Shown here in pieces: positions 18,510 through 20,314 of a stretch of 20,314 nt of DNA. Each line of letters opens with the position of its first letter. Positions within the stretch are counted from its first letter, which is position 1. The DNA is taken from positions 1-20,314 of the forward strand of contig JBHIAI010000020.1 in NCBI GenBank assembly GCA_046861655.1, in the 5' to 3' direction. The position numbers and the translations under genes are program-made. Origin of the DNA: Fidelibacterota bacterium. Lineage in GTDB: Bacteria > Fidelibacterota > Marinisomatia > Marinisomatales > S15-B10. The notes beneath the pieces were generated by a model. It had not been told where the DNA came from, made no database searches, and saw only the letters and a list, made by a program, of their open reading frames with translations.

Positions 18510-18546
18510 CCGGTCCTCACTGAGGGTTGCGAAAGAACAACTTGTC

Positions 18547-18577
18547 TTTGTCCTGGAAGGGAATTCCATTAAATTTG
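18547..18577 (+). promoter_or_regulatory. Putative promoter for tRNA-Gly and der
   Basis: TTGTCC-N16-TAAATT; the same bases also fit TTTG-N19-TAAATTTG. Confidence 0.5.
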
Positions 18578-18588
18578 CTGGGTCAGTC

Positions 18589-18659
18589 GCGCTCGTGATG
18601 TAATGGTAACATTCGAGCTTCCCAAGCTCGCCATGGGGGTTCGATTCCCCTCGAGCGCT
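18589..18659 (+). tRNA. tRNA-Gly(CCC), CCA not encoded
   Basis: Cloverleaf: GCGCTCG/CGAGCGC acceptor, ATGT/ACAT D-stem, CGAGC-TTCCCAA-GCTCG anticodon arm, GGGGG-TTCGATT-CCCCT T-arm, U discriminator. Confidence 0.96.
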
Positions 18660-18701
18660 CGAGTCCGTTTCCATCTTCTTTGCTGTAATTTCCTGTAAGA
18701 G

Positions 18702-20015
18702 ATGACACCACCCATCGTAGCCATCATCGGACGGCGTAATGTGGGAAAATCCACCCTTTTCAACCGTCTTGTCGGACGCAGGGAGGCCATCGTTGACAGC
18801 CAGGAGGGCGTTACCCGGGACAGGATCTACGGGGAGGTGGAATGGAAGGGAATCGGATTCTCCGTGGTGGACACGGGCGGATACATTCCCGACAGGGCCG
18901 ATGTCATGGACACCGCCGTGAGGAAGCAGGTCGAAATCGCCATGGACGAAGCGGATCTTGTGGTGTTGATGGTGGACGGGCGTCACGGTGCCCATCCGGA
19001 TGATGCGTTCTTGGGCCGGATGGTTGGGCAGTCCGGCAAGCCCTCCCTTCTGGTGGTGAATAAGATTGACAGCGAAGCGAATGAAGAAATGTCCGCTGAT
19101 TTTTTCTCCCTGGGGTTTGACCGATTGGTTACTCTCTCGGCGGCGCAGGGGAGGAAGGTGGGGGATTTTCTGGACAGGGTTGTGGAGATCCTGGGTGAGA
19201 CTGGGAAGACGGGGCCCAGGGTTCGAGAGGAGGCGGTTCGAGTGGCCATCGTGGGGATGCCCAACGTAGGAAAGTCATCCGTGGCCAACCGGATACTCGG
19301 CCAGGAAAAATCCATCGTGACCGACATTCCCGGCACGACCCGTGATGCTGTGGATTCCCGGTTGAAGTTTTACGGGAAGACGTATGTTCTCATTGACACC
19401 GGGGGATTGCGCAGAAAGGCCCGGGTGAAAGAGCCTTTAGAGTACTACAGTTCACTCAGGGCGGAAAGGGCCATCACCCGGGCTCACGTGGTGATGGTGA
19501 TCGTCGACGCCGCCAAGGGATTCGGGCGGCAGGATCAGCAGATCGTCCGGCGGGTGTTGGATGCGGGAAGGGGATTGGTGGTTGCGGTGAACAAATGGGA
19601 CCTGGTGGACGCCGGGATTACTCCCGAGTGGGTTAGGAGTCAGATCATCAGATCATTCAGTTCATTGATGTATTATCCGTTCGTTTTTGTATCGGCCAAG
19701 ACAGGCAGGCGGATTTCCCGGTTGCTCCCTGAGTCCCGGGAGGTTTTCAGCCGGTACCAGAGGAAGGTACCCACGGGGGTGTTGAACCGGGTTTTGAGGG
19801 ACGCTTTGGGGTCCTTTCAGGTTCCGGCGGTGAGAGGAAAGAACATTCGCATCAAGTATGTCACTCAGGTGGGTGTGGCACCGCCGTCGTTCGCATTCTT
19901 CTGCAATTTTCCCGGGTTGGTTCCGGATCGATACAAGGGGTATCTGGAGAACCGATTGAGGGAGGAGGTCGATTTCGAGGGGGTTCCGCTGAAGTTCTCC
20001 TTTCGCCGGTCCTAG
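18702..20015 (+). CDS. der: Ribosome biogenesis GTPase Der (EngA)
   Basis: Two G domains (GRRNVGKS/GVTRD/DTGG/NKID and GMPNVGKS/GTTRD/DTGG/NKWD) and a KH-like C-terminus (YLENRLR, FEGVP). Confidence 0.97.
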   Translation: MTPPIVAIIGRRNVGKSTLFNRLVGRREAIVDSQEGVTRDRIYGEVEWKGIGFSVVDTGGYIPDRADVMDTAVRKQVEIAMDEADLVVLMVDGRHGAHPDDAFLGRMVGQSGKPSLLVVNKIDSEANEEMSADFFSLGFDRLVTLSAAQGRKVGDFLDRVVEILGETGKTGPRVREEAVRVAIVGMPNVGKSSVANRILGQEKSIVTDIPGTTRDAVDSRLKFYGKTYVLIDTGGLRRKARVKEPLEYYSSLRAERAITRAHVVMVIVDAAKGFGRQDQQIVRRVLDAGRGLVVAVNKWDLVDAGITPEWVRSQIIRSFSSLMYYPFVFVSAKTGRRISRLLPESREVFSRYQRKVPTGVLNRVLRDALGSFQVPAVRGKNIRIKYVTQVGVAPPSFAFFCNFPGLVPDRYKGYLENRLREEVDFEGVPLKFSFRRS

Positions 20016-20049
20016 TTTTATTCCAACGGATAGGTCCTCCTGTCGAAGC

Positions 20050-20072
20050 ATGAGCTTGCCTGCTCATTTTTT
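20050..20072 (+). terminator. Putative intrinsic terminator after der
   Basis: atgagc-ttgcct-gctcat stem running into a T tract. Confidence 0.5.
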
Positions 20073-20098
20073 CTGCCGACTGACTCCTAACGCTGTTC

Positions 20099-20127
20099 TT
20101 GTTCATTTCCCGTGCATTTTGTAATAT
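20099..20127 (+). promoter_or_regulatory. Putative sigma70 promoter for tRNA-Met
   Basis: TTGTTC-N17-TAATAT. Confidence 0.5.
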
Positions 20128-20131
20128 TTGT

Positions 20132-20205
<74 letters not shown>

Positions 20206-20211
20206 CTGAGG

Positions 20212-20252
20212 AAAGACCCCGATTTCTCGACGAGAAGTCGGGGTCTTTTCTT
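20212..20252 (+). terminator. Long hairpin / intrinsic terminator after tRNA-Met
   Basis: aaagaccccgatttctcg-a-cgagaagtcggggtcttt followed by tctt. Confidence 0.8.
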
Positions 20253-20294
20253 ATGTAGTTGGACGAAGTCATGTGAACTGTAGCGTTTCCAAAG

Positions 20295-20314
20295 TGGTTA
20301 CGTTATGGTTACGT
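20295..20314. repeat. Direct repeat TGGTTACGT x2 with an 11-bp period
   Basis: Copies at 20295-20303 and 20306-20314; may continue past the window. Confidence 0.7.

Noticed and set aside
18298..18603. 101-aa ORF containing YALRITHYALRITH
   Set aside because: The peptide repeat is just the translated heptamer array, and the ORF runs into tRNA-Gly.

Overview
GC-rich bacterial core-chromosome window. The rplM-rpsI-rpsB-tsf-pyrH-frr order and a group II GGGP synthase point to the FCB superphylum, possibly Marinimicrobia (inference). Plus strand: gcvPA (5'-truncated), GGGP synthase, gmhA, xerD, M50 site-2 protease, an unlisted 55-aa membrane sORF, bifunctional FTCD, frameshifted mutL, miaA, PyrR attenuator with pyrR-pyrB-pyrC, then rplM-rpsI-rpsB-tsf-pyrH-frr. 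Minus strand: class II ribonucleotide reductase followed by an Ogg-type glycosylase. The window ends with tRNA-Gly(CCC), der and initiator tRNA-Met. Most of it is housekeeping and I cannot support a complete new system. Best leads: (1) two DNA-repair genes, mutL and ogg, each appear one base short at a 5-nt G/C run; (2) the small membrane ORF has its RBS and start codon locked in a 21-bp hairpin; (3) a stem-clamped heptamer array and a REP-like palindrome lie between nrdJ and tRNA-Gly; (4) an archaeal-type ether-lipid enzyme is coupled to gmhA; (5) phased direct repeats after tRNA-Met may mark an integration junction.
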